A DNA stretch of 63,217 bases, the filler included, from Octopus bimaculoides (Eukaryota): assembly GCF_001194135.2 (NCBI RefSeq). It is 8 parts of 8 records of this genome, joined end to end, with 100 filler letters (N's around TTAATTAATTAA, not from the genome) between each part and the next. Parts side by side here need not be neighbours in the genome. Positions count along the whole stretch, not along the records: positions 1 to 25,576 come from NC_068981.1; 7 more parts are not named here. The stretch is one strand, 5' to 3'. Shown here in pieces: positions 1-13,400 of this stretch. Below the pieces are notes generated by a model. That model made no database searches, was not told the DNA's origin, and saw nothing but the letters and a program-made list of their open reading frames with translations. Each line of letters opens with the position of its first letter. The first letter of the stretch is position 1. The position numbers were made by a program, and so were the translations under genes.

Positions 1-307
1 GTTGGCTGCTCAAGAGTGGGCAGCGAAAAAAACCTATTTGTATATGCTCCACAAGGGAAAACAAGGAACGTTGTTTACAACGAGGTGTTATAATCACAAC
101 AGCAAGAAAGTATGTACATGATCACCTTCTTTTACGAAACTTCATTGACTTTCATATATTTATATTGATATATATATATATATATACGCGTGTTTGGGTG
201 CGTGTGTGTATATACATCTCTCTATATAAAGATGATGCGTAGTCTAGACGGCGTTTTTAGATTTCATTATTCTCTTTAACCCGGGCAACGCCGGGTATTT
301 CTGCTAG
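1..307 (+). mobile_element. 3' end of a Helitron: C-terminus of the Pif1-like helicase plus terminal hairpin and CTAG
   Basis: 1-93 translate to VGCSRVGSEKNLFVYAPQGKTRNVVYNEVL*, the typical Helitron helicase end. Hairpin ACCCGG-gcaacg-CCGGGT at 279-296, CTAG at 304-307 followed by T. Confidence 0.85.
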
Positions 308-339
308 TATATATATATATATAAATCAAACCAGTATGC

Positions 340-1020
340 TTCACTGGATGTGCAATGTCAGTGTGCATATTCGACAGAGTGTAAGCATCTTGAGAGAAAA
401 GTTAGGCATAAGAATTAGATGTGGAGTACAAGAGAGACGACTGTGCTGGTGAGGACCGCTGTGTAAAGAAGTGCCGATCTCTAACTGTCGAAGGAACCTG
501 TGGTAAAAGTAGACCCAGGAAGACATGGGATGAGGTGGTGAAGCATGATCTTCAAACTTTGAGCCTCACTGAGGCAACGACTGGTGACCGGGACCTTTGG
601 TGATATGCTGTGCTTGAGAGGAGCTGTCAAGCCAAGTACATCTGTGCTGGTGGCACGTAAAGAACATCTTTTGAACATTAGGCCTCACAGAAGCAAAGTG
701 GCTAAGTTCCTTTCAAGCGTTGGGCCTTGGGCATCACGGAGGCAAAGTAGCTGAGTTCCTTTCAACTGTTAGGCCTCATGGAGGCAAGATGGCTGAGTTC
801 CTTTTGAGTGTTGAGCCTCACAGAGGCAAAAACCAAGACCTTTGGCATTATGTTGTGCTTGAGAAGAAGACCCATAAAGCTGAGCAAAATCAGTCATGGC
901 AGATACTGGTGTCATGCAAATTGGCAGCCATGCTGGTGGCATGTAAATGCACCCCAATGTCATGCAAATAGCACCTATGCTGGTGGAAGGTAAAAGCACC
1001 CATTACACTCTCGGAGAACC
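340..1020 (+). mobile_element. RTE-clade LINE 3' fragment with ~42-bp tandem repeats and SINE-shared tail
   Basis: [47 protein letters not shown]. Homologous copies at 14480-14945 (-) and 62720-63217 (+). Confidence 0.8.
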
Positions 1021-1259
1021 CAGTCATAGCTGTCAGACAATTTCTGTGACCACATCATCCCTAACATCTGGCCACCAGGCTCCCCAGACTGCAACCTCCG
1101 TGATTATTGTGTAAGACACAGCTGAGTGAGAGACCAATAAAACTCCTTGTAACACCAAAGATGAACTGAAGGCAAGGATTGTGGCGGCATTCACCAACTT
1201 AAACAAGGAGACCATCCAGAAGAGTTGCATGAGATTCTGAAGTCTTCTGGAAGCAGCCC
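1021..1259 (+). mobile_element. maT/DD37D-type mariner transposase fragment
   Basis: SDNFCDHIIPNIWPPGSPDCN..DY and NKTPCNTKDELKARI. Same family as 23986-24722. Confidence 0.75.
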
Positions 1260-3429
1260 TAAATAGCACATAAAAATTAATCAGTAGCTGCACGAATTAT
1301 TGCATAATGATTCAAGACTGGTTATACTGTATTATGTTGAAAAAAATTGTATATTGAAGTAGTAAAATGATTTGTTCATTCCATTTTTTAAAATATTTTT
1401 CATTGTAGATACTCAATGGATATTTTGTTTAAGAGATTGAATGATCTCTAATTTCCAATTTTGTGGTAGAACACAAGCATATATGTGCTTAATACAGTAG
1501 ATACCAGGGTTATATACCTCACTGGACTTATATGTGCGTGTGTGTATTGATATTTTCAGTTTAGTGACCCAGATTATGGGGAATGGTTTGGTTACCTCAA
1601 GCAAGAAGGTCAAGTCAACCAGAATTTTAAAGGAGGAATGTTCAAAGGTAAGAAAACTGTACTGTGTTGTTTTAACTTTATAGAAATTGACGTTGATGCA
1701 ATTTTATTATGGAATGACATATGGTTGCAGTAGTTGGGTTGCAAATTTAGAAAGAATTATGAGCATAGCTACAAAAGGAAAGACATCCAAGAAAGCCTTC
1801 TTCAGTATTGTTTTGAAATATCAACATACCACCATTTGTATCACAGGGGAATATAGTGTTTAGGCATATTAAACTAAGCCAATAGTATTTAGTTTTGTAT
1901 GCATTTATGTACACAAAACCTCACAATATGTAAACATTCTTAGTTCACACATAGTGAGAACTTCGGCAATGAAGACTCATCAAGCCAAGTGAAATCATAG
2001 TCATGACTGATGCTGGTGTCACATAATTGACACCTGTGCCAGTGGAACATAAAAGCAACCATGCTGGTGGTACATAAAATGTACCCATTACATTCTTGGA
2101 GTGGTTAGCATTAGGAAGGCATCAAGCCATAGAAACCATGCCAGATTAGACTGGAACCTGGCTTACCAGTTCCAATCAAACCATCTAACTCATGCCAGTA
2201 TGGAAAGTGGATGTTAAATGATAATGAGATATATATATATAATTTACTAATCATAATAATTGGTACTTATTTTATCAACCCTGAAAAGATGAAAGGGAAA
2301 GTTAACTCCAGTGGCATTTAATCTTAGAATGTAAATTCAAAAGAAATGCTGGTAAGCATTTTGTCCAGTGCAGTAACAATTCTGCCAGTTTGCTGCTGCT
2401 GCTGCTACTACTACTACTACTAATAATAATAATAATAATAATGATAATGGTTTCAAATTTTGTCACGAGGGCAGCAATTTGGGGGGAGAGGACAAGTTGA
2501 TTACTTCGACTCCAGTGTTCAACTGGTACTTATTTTATAGAGCCCAAAAGGATGAAAGGCAAAGTCAACCTCAGTGGAATTTGAACTCAGAACATAAAGA
2601 CAGACCAAATTCCATTTTGCAATCATCAAAGGAATCTGAAGGATATGAAGGAAATGTAAAATGATTGCACTGTGAGACCACATATTAATCGACAAGAGAA
2701 ATTCAGAACTTAGACCAAGCTGAAAGCCAGTGCTTCTGGTTGGTTTGCATGCAAAGTGGCAAATGATTTCAGACACATCTTGTGTATTCCTTAATAAGAC
2801 ATACATCTCTATGTAAAGTCATTGTAACTCTCTATATTTTCTTCATCTTCTATCTATTCCCCAGGGTGTTACCATCTTCCACGAAGTTTAATGATATGTG
2901 AAAAATTACTACAAGAAGTGTTGAACAAAATAAAACCAGGAAACTAAATTTTTCTCAAAATAGTTTTAAGCAATTTATACCTTTTTGAATAAACAATTTT
3001 TTTTGAGTATGCAACTTCTGTATTATTTAATGTTTTGTAATGTTTTCAATTCATGAATGAAGTATATTTTGTGTAAGTCAAGACACTATGGAAATCTGAT
3101 GATTAGAGCATTCATTTGTCTCCTGGTAAGTACTCTTCACTTTGAAATATACTGAAGACACCAACAGAAAACATTCCTTAATGAAGAGCATAGAATCACA
3201 TATTTCATGACTTGTCCTTCTTTTGATAGTAAGAAAAAAAGTAAAAGAAATAGGTGCAGGCATGGTAAAGTGGTTAAAAATTTCATTCTGAAACTACATG
3301 GTGTCAGGTTCAATCCTTCTGTATCATACCTTAAGCAAATGTCATCTACATTCCTGGATTGACCAAGTGAATTTGATAAGCAGAAATTGAAAAGAAACTT
3401 ATGACGTACATACAGGTTACAGCTTTGGT

Positions 3430-5420
3430 TCTAGAAATGAGGTGGAAGCAAGGCTGCTAGACAAATGACTTGTTGATCTGCAAGAAATCTGCCAACCACC
3501 TGATCACCTATCAATATAGTAGTCACACAAACCATATTGACTACATTCTCACCAGTTAACAGAGTAAGTAGATGCTTGTAAATGCAAAGTCCTTCCCTGG
3601 TGAAGAATCTACAATCCAACATAGGTTCGTAGTTAGTGATTTCAAACTTAGACAAGGCTTAGAAACATAAACCCATCGGGAACGGAAGCTATGACAGCTT
3701 AATAATTCATTGAACAGTCATTGTGCTAACGTTGATGGCTGCAGCCCTAAAATTGTGCTCTTGAGAGGGACAATGTGGAGGTAATTGTGGGGCTTTTGTC
3801 TGTATCTGAATAGAAGATCTGCACAAATGCTTGCCAGGTAGCATAGGGTCTTGGTACATCGTGTATTCAATTCAGTGAAGTACATTGAAGTTTGATGGAA
3901 AAGAGGAAGTAACAAAAAGATATAACATAGAGGAAAACTGGAAGTTCTTATGGGACAACCTACTGCTGTGGTTACAGATTAAGTCTGTGGTTAGTGTAAA
4001 ATTCCAGCCAAAGTGGGTGACAAGGGAGTGCAACAGGGAAGTAGCCATGGTCATAAAAGAGGCAGACTTGTGAGAATTGAGAGAATGGGAGCAGCAGAGA
4101 ACTATATTAGGTAGCTAGAAGAGAAACTAGGAGGAAGATCTATTTAGAAAGGAAGAAACAGGAAGAAAGAAGTTTGCCAACATTCCATGGCATGAGGACC
4201 AGAAGCATGATAGGAAGGCAGTGAATCAGAAAAAATTAACATGTTGTAGGAGACAAATGTGTACAGAAAGATAGCAGTATATTTGAACTTATTAATTCTG
4301 AAAAAAGGCATGGAAATGTTATTATAAAAGGCTACTAAATGTGGAAAATGAGTGGGAGAAAGAGAGTCTTTCTCATGTGCATCTGCTGGAGAGATCAGCA
4401 ATTCTTGTTGACAGTAGTATGATAGACAAAGCAATTAAGGATATGAAGGTGAGGAAAGCTCCTGATCCAGCAGAAATTACTGCTGAAATGCTTAAAATAT
4501 CTGGTGGTGTGGAATACAGCCTAGTTACCTGTGTCATCAATCACGTTGTACACAAAGGTATCACACCCAACAATTGGTGTAGCAGCATCATAGTCAACTG
4601 GGATCTTTTTTAAAACGGGGGCCACATTTTTCATTAATGTTTTACGTAGTGTTTTTGGTACTGAAAGACTTTCAAACTTCGTATACTTATCTATTTTGTG
4701 TTATAGAACAGAAAAATATTTTTGTATTCGAATTTATTTCATGTAAAAAATTGTCTTATTTCGATAATTTCAACCAATCACTGACAAGTATTCAGTTGTT
4801 TACATTTAGTCCTTTGGCTGATTAAGCCATAGCTTCGTTTTATTTGCTTTTTTCATTTTAAATTTGCTTTTTTCATTTTCTTTTTTTTTTCTTCGTTTTA
4901 TTTGCTTTTTTCTTTTTAAATTTGCTGGTTTACCCTAACCCTAACCCTAACCCTATCACCGATAGAATTGTTTCAGAATCGTTTGTTTATGTAGTCGGCA
5001 CTTAATGTATATCGGCTGAATGGACGTCAGTGATTGGTTGAAATTACAGAAATACGACAACTTTAACAGGGAATAACTTAGGGATTTCTTTTTTTTTTAA
5101 GAAGACTAAGAGAAAAAGATGTTTTATATGACACATTCTACCAGTGTTCCAAGTTTCAAAGTGTTTCGTTAATGAAAAATGTGGCCCCCGTTTTAAAAAA
5201 GATCCGTCAACTGTTATGAAGGCAAAACGAGATGCTTTAGAGAGAAGTGATTAGAGGTATCAAATTGCTGGACCTGGCCATGAAAGTTACAGAAAGAGTT
5301 ACAGTTCAATTAATTAAGGAAGAGAGATAACCTAAATGAGATGCAGTTTAGCTTTGTGCTGGGGAGAATTACTTTTGATACTCTCTTTCTAGTAAGGCAA
5401 GAGAAGTATTTAACCAAAAG
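3430..5420 (+). mobile_element. Degenerate RTE LINE (AP endonuclease to RT N-terminus), interrupted by a MITE at 4601-5205
   Basis: HIDYILT..., KSFPGEESTIQHRFVVSDFK, KAPDPAEITAEMLKIS, WCSSIIVN|CY...RGIKLLD. The frame resumes after removing the insert and one TSD. Confidence 0.75.
4601..5205. mobile_element. 605-bp non-autonomous DNA transposon (Merlin-like MITE)
   Basis: Perfect 37-bp TIRs GGATCTTTTTTAAAACGGGGGCCACATTTTTCATTAA (4601-4637 / 5169-5205). 8-bp TSD GTCAACTG (4593-4600 / 5206-5213). Superfamily inferred from GG-start TIRs and the 8-bp TSD. Confidence 0.9.
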
Positions 5421-7114
5421 TTAAAACCACTGTACTTCATTCTTATTTCCTTCATTTCCTCTCAATTGATATTCACCATTGACCATGCTTTCACTTACGT
5501 GTCCCATTCAGTATCCATCTTTATCCCCATCACATTCCTCTCGCACTCTCATGAAGTTACCAACCAACCAATCAACCCTTTCTGATCATTATTGCCTGTT
5601 CTCATATTGATTATGTACCCAAAGGATATAGCCTCACCAATTGTTACTCTCTTTCCAGCTTAGAAAATCATGTATCTCCTCTTCAGCTGTGCCTGTCCCT
5701 ATATTATCTTCAACTTCTTGCAACCTGGTATAAAGCCACCTCCCTCAACATTACATCCCACTCAGCTGGTGGGTTTTGTCTTGCAAATTACAAGTGACCT
5801 CACTAATGCTGGTGCTACAAAAAAATAAAAGCACCTAGTATACTCTGCAAAGTGGTTAGCATTAGGAAGGGCATCAAGTTGTAGAAACCATGTCTAAACA
5901 GATACCAGAGCTCAGAACAGTCCTCTAGTTTGTAATTGTTCAGCCTATGCCAGCATGGAAAACAGATGTTAAATGATGATGATGATTGTTGTCATCTTCA
6001 TCATCATCATCTGTCCATTTTCCATGCTAGCATGGGTTGGACAGTTGACAGGCCCCAGTGGGTTGAAGCACTATGTCTTGCTTTAATGTGTGAGTTTTAG
6101 TATGGTTTCAGAGAGTGCTGGGTGTGTTTTACGTGGTATTAATATTAGAGATGTTAGCTTGTGGTGCAGAAGTAAAGAGTAGAAAACAAAGTATGATAGA
6201 AGAAAAAGATTTATTGAGAAAGGATGATAGTGAAGGATAATGTCAGGGTTTAATGTAAAAGGGGAAAACAAAATAGTAAGAGTTATGGGGTGAATTGAGT
6301 GGGTGGACCCTGTCACAGGGTAGATTGGTGCACTTTCCATGACTGCATATGTTGGATAGTTGATCAGGATCCAAGTTGGTTCTTATTGGAGTTACATAGA
6401 ATTATTGTTGATGGAGGCTGATAGGGAAGAAACTGAGACTGTTAGGGAAGAGCATGATAATTGGGAAATGGAAGAACTAGTATCAGGAGGTTAGTGAGGG
6501 CGAGAGAAAGTTATAAGGATAGTGGGTGTGTTGAGTAGAAGGAGGTGCTCTGCTACCCAACATTATATATTGATGGCTAGAGTGGTGCATGAAGGAGATA
6601 TATGTTAATATTGAGGAACCAAAATGTATCCTCAAGGTAAAATTTCTAAGAATGTAGTGACAAAAGAATCAGAGAGGATGAGTAAAGGCTACTGAAGTCT
6701 AATCCTTCCCAAGTCAAGTATCATTATCTGGAAAAATAGAAGACAGGAGGAGTATAAAGATATGGGTAGAGGAAATGGGGTTGGGAGTGTTCTATAAGCA
6801 TAGATTGAATGCTTTTCTTCTCAATTATGATTAGCATGGTAAGGTGACTGGAGGAAGAGATGATACGGAGATGAGAGTGTATAGAATAGGCACAATGGAT
6901 AAGAGAAGAGAGGTGAAGGCACAGAATTGGCAAGAAATGGTGAGAAGATTTAACTCTATGACAAGACTGAATACATGAAAAGTTCAAAACCAATAATAAC
7001 AATAATGATGATAATAGGATAAACAAATATAAAATTAGAATTTTAAAAAAATGAAACAAAAAAAAAACAAAACAATTCTTTTCACACACATTCTATATTA
7101 AAAAAGACAACTGT

Positions 7115-7120
7115 TTTATT
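7115..7120 (-). terminator. Candidate polyadenylation signal AATAAA of PM20D1
   Basis: tttatt on + strand, 70 nt past the stop, followed on the minus strand by GT/T-rich sequence. AT-rich context makes a chance hit possible. Confidence 0.45.
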
Positions 7121-7190
7121 TGTATGCATTTTCACATGCATATTGCAAATTGCATATTTGTATATTATAAAACAAAGGATTATTTTTTTC

Positions 7191-7414
7191 TCATAGCTCA
7201 GTATGTTTCTTAGAACCCAATTTATCGTGATTTGAATTCAAAATTACATGATAATAAAAGTTGATAGCTTTTTCATAATTTGATACTGATATTTTTTCAT
7301 TATCTCCATGAACCATACTTGCAGTCTCTGGTGTTACAAATGCAGGGTTGAATCGGTAGATACTTTTCGTCAAATGTTTATAGTGGCGAGTATCTGTGTT
7401 GGCAAACATTAGTC
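7191..7414 (-). CDS. PM20D1: PM20D1 terminal coding exon, 224 nt ([73 protein letters not shown])
   Basis: Acceptor ctttag|GA, stop TGA at 7193-7191. HGDNE carries the last His ligand. Confidence 0.95.
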
Positions 7415-10400
7415 CTAAAGAAAAGAGAAAAGTTAAACATTAAAAGATTAGAAGTTTTTTTTTTCTAAATATGATTTCTCTTGATGGAACATAAAATCAG
7501 TTTTGTAGAGCATTTGCTTTAATCAACTGAATTCATCTATGCATTGCCAGAGTTAATTTTTTGACTTTTGGCGATGCAAGATATCTATTAATGGGTGATC
7601 ATTTCCAGTGATTGGATGTGTAGCCAGTCATATATAACAATACTGTTATCAACAGCACATATTTTAACAACTCTGGAAATATGAAATGTCAAAGTAACTA
7701 TTAGAGGATTTAAAATTAGAATGTACGTATGTATGTATCATCATTTTATGTCCACTTTCCATGTTAGTATGGGTTACATGGATTATTGTTGCAGTCCTAG
7801 AGTGGTCAAAGGACTACATCTCACTCATAAGTTTAATTTTCAGCAGTGTTCTAGAGTTGGATGCCCTTCTTAATACCTAACACTCTATAGAGTATACTGG
7901 GTACATTTTTTCATGGCACTAGCACTAGACAGAAAAGTGAGTGAAAGAGTGGTGGCCAGAAAGGTGGATAAATTGTGAGATAGAGATGGGGAGAGAAGTG
8001 GATGAGGGATTTTAGGAGGGCATGTGTAGTCAAGTATATGCATGGGTATGTATAAGTGCTAGGTGTGGAGGAGATGAAATCCTTATTTATAGTGTGAGGA
8101 GTACTAATGAAGGAAGATCCAACCTTTACTGTTAGGGTGGAACTGGTTGCCGAAGATATATTCCTAGACCGGTTTTAAACCATGGGGTGCTCAGGGCACT
8201 TCAAATTTAGTGGGCCCTTCATACACATGAATATAAGCGAATTATGAAAGTTCATACGTATATGAGTACCACACATATTCTGCACAAATTCCTCTCCATG
8301 TAAATGCAACCTTACTCATTCTCTCCCCACCAACTCCACAGATATCAGTATTTTCAATTGTATGGCACCTCACCTGTTGGCATCTCCAGATGCAAAATCT
8401 TGTCATCCCTAGACATCTCTGGTTGAGACTTGAGTGCAAGTCATATAAATTAAGGCAAAAACCAAAGAACAACAACAACAACAACAACAATAATAATATT
8501 AACAGCAATAATAATAATAATCCTTTCTACTAAAGGCACAAGGCCTAAAATTTTGGAGGATGTGGGCTAGTTAATTACATTGACCCCAGTGTGAAACTGG
8601 TGCTTATTTTATCAACCTCAAAAGGATGAAAGGCAAAGTTGACCTCAGCAGAATTTGAACCCAGAATGTCAAGCCAGATGAAACGCTGCTAAGCATTTTG
8701 CCTGGTGTGCTAATGATTCTGCCAGCTTGAGAGAAGATTCAAATAGAATATTAAAACTGAATTAAAATTTTTGGCAACTAAATAATGAAATCAAGTAAAA
8801 TTTATTTTGAATAACAAAACTTTTTTTCATAATTTATTAATAAAAGCTCAAATATATTTCAAAAACCTTACCTGGTACAACTATTACGTCAGTGTATATT
8901 TCTCTGATGCTGTTTTTCAATGTGTGGTAACCAAAACTATTATCATCATAAGGTGAAGTAGCAGAAGGCTCTAAAGAACCCTTGAGAGTAATTTTCACCC
9001 TATCATCATTGATAATTTTGCGATCATATTCAACTACCTGCAAATAAAATAAACATACAACAGACAATTATTTTTAATACTAATATTTTGTAATGAAGTT
9101 TAATCATTATTGTGACAGTTAATCAATATTCTACTCAAACCATTCTAATTAGCCTGATCTTTTTAATATTAATTATTTTCAACATGACAAGATACAAATT
9201 CTCAGTGAGATACAAAAATTTCAATCACTAAGACATCATCAACTAAGAATAACTTTTATTTGCAGCATTCTCATGGAAAAAAATCCACTTATAATTGATG
9301 CCTGTTTTGCCTTAAATCCAAATAGCACACATTCAACAAAAAACCTGTTAAACTCCACATATGCACTGTTGCCATATGCAAAAATAAAAAATCCTCTATT
9401 TGATCCAGCATAGTAACCAATCCTAATGGCATCTTTTCAGGTAACTTTACCCTCTGCAATCTCTCTAAATCTATAGGAATCTATCCAATATACCAAAGAG
9501 ACACACTTGTACAAATGCTGGATCTTAGAATTGCTAATGATTTCCCTTAACAATCCCACAAATATATATTTCCAGAAACCAATGTCAAAGCTCCTACATG
9601 GTTACTTGACTTGGTAGAAGGCAAATTTTCAAATTATACCCTTGCTCTTGAAACAGTTCATGATAATACTGCAATACTAGTCATTAGGCATGACACCTGC
9701 TTGTATTACATGGTTTACAATTGAAGTGACAACCCAGTACCCTATTTTGCCAGATATTTTAAGCATCCTGCTGACTATTCATGACAGTCAAGCTGGTTTT
9801 CTTGTTTTCATATTCCTTTACTGCTACATAAATAAGATATAGAATTTAAGAATATCGAAAGATATCATCTGGAACATGTTATATTTTGTTCAATTAACAA
9901 ATATTTCTTTCAATTTTTGGTACAAGGCCAGTTAAGAGACGAAAGGCAAGTTGACCTCAGTAAGATTTGAACTTGGAGTGCAGAGCGTTGGAACAAATAC
10001 CAAAAGGTATTCTATAGTGAGTCTGCCACTTCACTGCCATCTATAAATTTGCAAATATATTGTTGGTTTTGTATCAGTAGAGTTGTAAGTGAATATCCTA
10101 CCAACTTTTGCACTGTACCCTAGGTAAGGCACTAAACTATTCCTACTGCACCTATTCACCAGCAATGCAAATGTGAAGAGTTAGAGAATGACAGGGTGGG
10201 AGCTTACCAAACTAACTGCAAGCTAATGAGTAATGAAATGTGCTTTAGAACTATGGTAGTACTCGGGCATAACCAGAACCAAAAGTAGTATAGCAGCTCA
10301 TCTTTTCCATAGGCATTTCAAAACCATGTTTAAATAAGTTAACAATGGAGTCTCTATGCAATCACTCAATCTGCTTGAAATAAGAGTAAAATCTCCCTTA

Positions 10401-13400
10401 AATCATCATGCTACCAACTTAAACGAAGAAGACACATTGAATAATGTAGCCTTTGATACTCATTGCCTGCTGGATCAGGGCTGACCTGGGGAACAGAAAC
10501 ATGTTTATGTTTAAAGATACAGAACATTTTCATAGTATATTAAACTATAAATTACATAATGGTCGCGTGCGTGTGTGTGCTGTTAGTTAAATATAACAAA
10601 TTATTAATGCTAAGACCTTTTTACTGTTTATAGCAGTAAAATTAGTGGTAAAAACAAAACCTGACCATTTAAACCCAATTCTAAAGTTATTTTGTGATAC
10701 ACACAAAATCTGAAGAAAAATACTTACAAAATTGTTTTTTTTTTGTTGTTTTTTTAAATCACATGAAATAGGAAAATCATCTTCTGAATAAAATCAAATT
10801 TGAAGACAGTCAAGTGCATTACCTTATTGTTTATGAAGGTTGTTTGTAATAATTACCTGTTCAACTGTCTGTGAAGGATGGATGCGATGATTAACTATCG
10901 CTTCAGCTGATGCAGGAAGCACATTTTCCTTAAATCAAAGTAAAAATAAGTTATATAAGGAAATGCTTTTAAAAGTAAGATGATAACTCAAAAGCAAAAT
11001 ATAATTAGGAGCCTAAATACAAATGTAGTTATCGCTAAAGAGCAAGAACAGCCTATTTATAAATAGATCAACCACACCTCTATGTTATCCAGTATCAGCA
11101 TCCATCAAATATTCTCACCATGTATCTAGCTTTTTAATATCTGTCACACTCTCCTGCCCCTCCCATTATGCATGCTGGTACCAGGACAGAATAGACCCGG
11201 TACATTCAGTTAAGCATATGGTTGAAAGGAGTGTTTAGTCCTGTCCAAGTTTTGACAATCTTTCAAGTGCTGATGACATGAAAAAAAAAAAAATATCAGC
11301 CACTTTACAATAAACCTTGTAAAGTGGCTGGTGTTAGGAAGGGTATATTGCTGTAAAAGTCAGGGCAAAAATGAAACTTATGAATGACATGTGGTCTTCC
11401 AACCCATCCAGGTGAAGAGTGTGAATGACATGTGGTCTTCCAACCCATCCAGGTGAAGAGTGTGAATGACATGTGGTCTTCCAACCCATCCAGATGAAGA
11501 GTGTGAAGGCATGTGGTTTAATGGTTAGGGTATTCAGCTCATCATCGTAAGGTCATGAGTTTGATTACTAGCGGCGTGTTGTGTCCTTGAGCAAGACACT
11601 TTATTTCATGTTGCTCCAGTTCACTCAGCTGACAAGAATGAGTTGTACCTGCATTTCAAAGGTTCCAGCCTTGTCACATTCTGTGTCATGCTGAATCTCC
11701 CTGAGAACTATGTTATGGGTATGTGTGTCTGTGGAGTGCTCAACCACTTGCATGTTAATCTCTCAAGCAGACTGTTCTGTTGATCAGATCAACTGGAACC
11801 CTCATCATCGTAACCAATGGAATGTCAGTTATTGTTCAATCCATGTCATCATAGAATACAGACGTAAAATGATGATGATGATATGATCTGTATTGCATGT
11901 ATTGCTGAATACCTTTTCTAATTGCTACAATACTCAAACATCCAATAAATGCAGTATCAAATTTTCAGTTAATCAAGTCAGATGTGTAAATATGGATACA
12001 TTACTTAGCCAACTCACCAATGTTGATCAAATAGCTTAATACCTTAAATATTCAGCTATTACACAAATGCACAAAAATACAACGATAAAAGTTAAGGCTT
12101 TGAAAATTTATACTTCATAACTGCTGGTAAAAAAATTTCATTTGTAACAATCATAAAAAAAAAATTCATTTGTAACAGTCATAAAAAAATAAATTTCTTA
12201 TCCAAGTCAAAAATGCATTAAAACATCCTCATTGTGATCCATCCCTACTGAAAGATCTTATTATGTTTCATTATCATCATTATCGTTTAACGTCCACCTT
12301 CCATAAGAAAAAAAGTTGTCAAAACATTTACCTTAATTCCTGCATTAAATTTGGTCACAGCACTTACTGTCCTGACAAAAGCATTTGTTGATGATTTGCG
12401 AGACAAAAACCTAAAGTGAGACATAAAATAAGTAGGCTTGAGTAGATAGCTATTATTTCATCTGTCTTTATATCCAACAAATCCATTTTTTATACAATTT
12501 TTTACTCAAGAGAGTTTCTTATTCCAATACGAAATTTTAACAAAATTAATTATTGTTCACATATATTCAGGTATAACACTATAAAGTTAAAAATAGATTG
12601 AAATATATAATTGTGTATAATGAAATGATTAAGTAAATATATAAATGCCTATGTCTTTAATACAATTATTTTATTGTGTTAATTTTGTTGTTCTTGTAAA
12701 CAACAGAAGCCAAATAGTCAACAATGGAATTACATATATCCTTAACATAATATATGATTGGAAGTAATTAAAAAACTCTAAGAACTAAAATACGATGTTT
12801 GCCACACAAAGGGAATAAATGTATCTTAAAGACATTAAAAAGGTTTTTGCAAACCATGATGAAAAAAATTTTTTTCTGAAACCTATTTTGTTTCAGAGTA
12901 ACAGGGAAAATTACAAACTGAGTAACTACAATTACACAATGAAATAACTATAGTTTTTATAAGAATTCCAATATATAACTGGTTTGGAAAACTCACCATG
13001 ACACAGCAGGTCTGAATAACCAAAGATTGGACAGTAAAATACGAGGTATGAGAGGCAACTGTTTAAAATGAAATTAAAATAAAATGACAAAATAACATTA
13101 ATTGTGATGCATTCAATCACTAAATTTCACACTATATTTATTTATCTTTTTATCAAGAGAGATTTATTTATTTTTATCATTTTATCACAAGAGACCTTTT
13201 CCACAGCCCCTGAGAATGGTGGCTGGGAGGGAGAGAAGAAGGTATCCTCAAATCGTAGATCTGGCCTGAATGCTTACATGAGGGTGGATGCTGCTAAAGT
13301 TAACCAAAGACCAGATAATGGTTTATACAGAGTAATAGATTAATCCTACTTTCCATTTGTACAGAAACATAAAATTAATATATTGTCAATCTCTAAGTGG

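Noticed and set aside
4933-4955. Telomeric repeat as evidence of a chromosome end or fusion
   Set aside because: Under four units and internal to a TIR/TSD-bounded MITE.
11501-11580. tRNA gene calls at SINE heads
   Set aside because: A/B boxes are present but no full cloverleaf, and each continues into a repeated SINE body.
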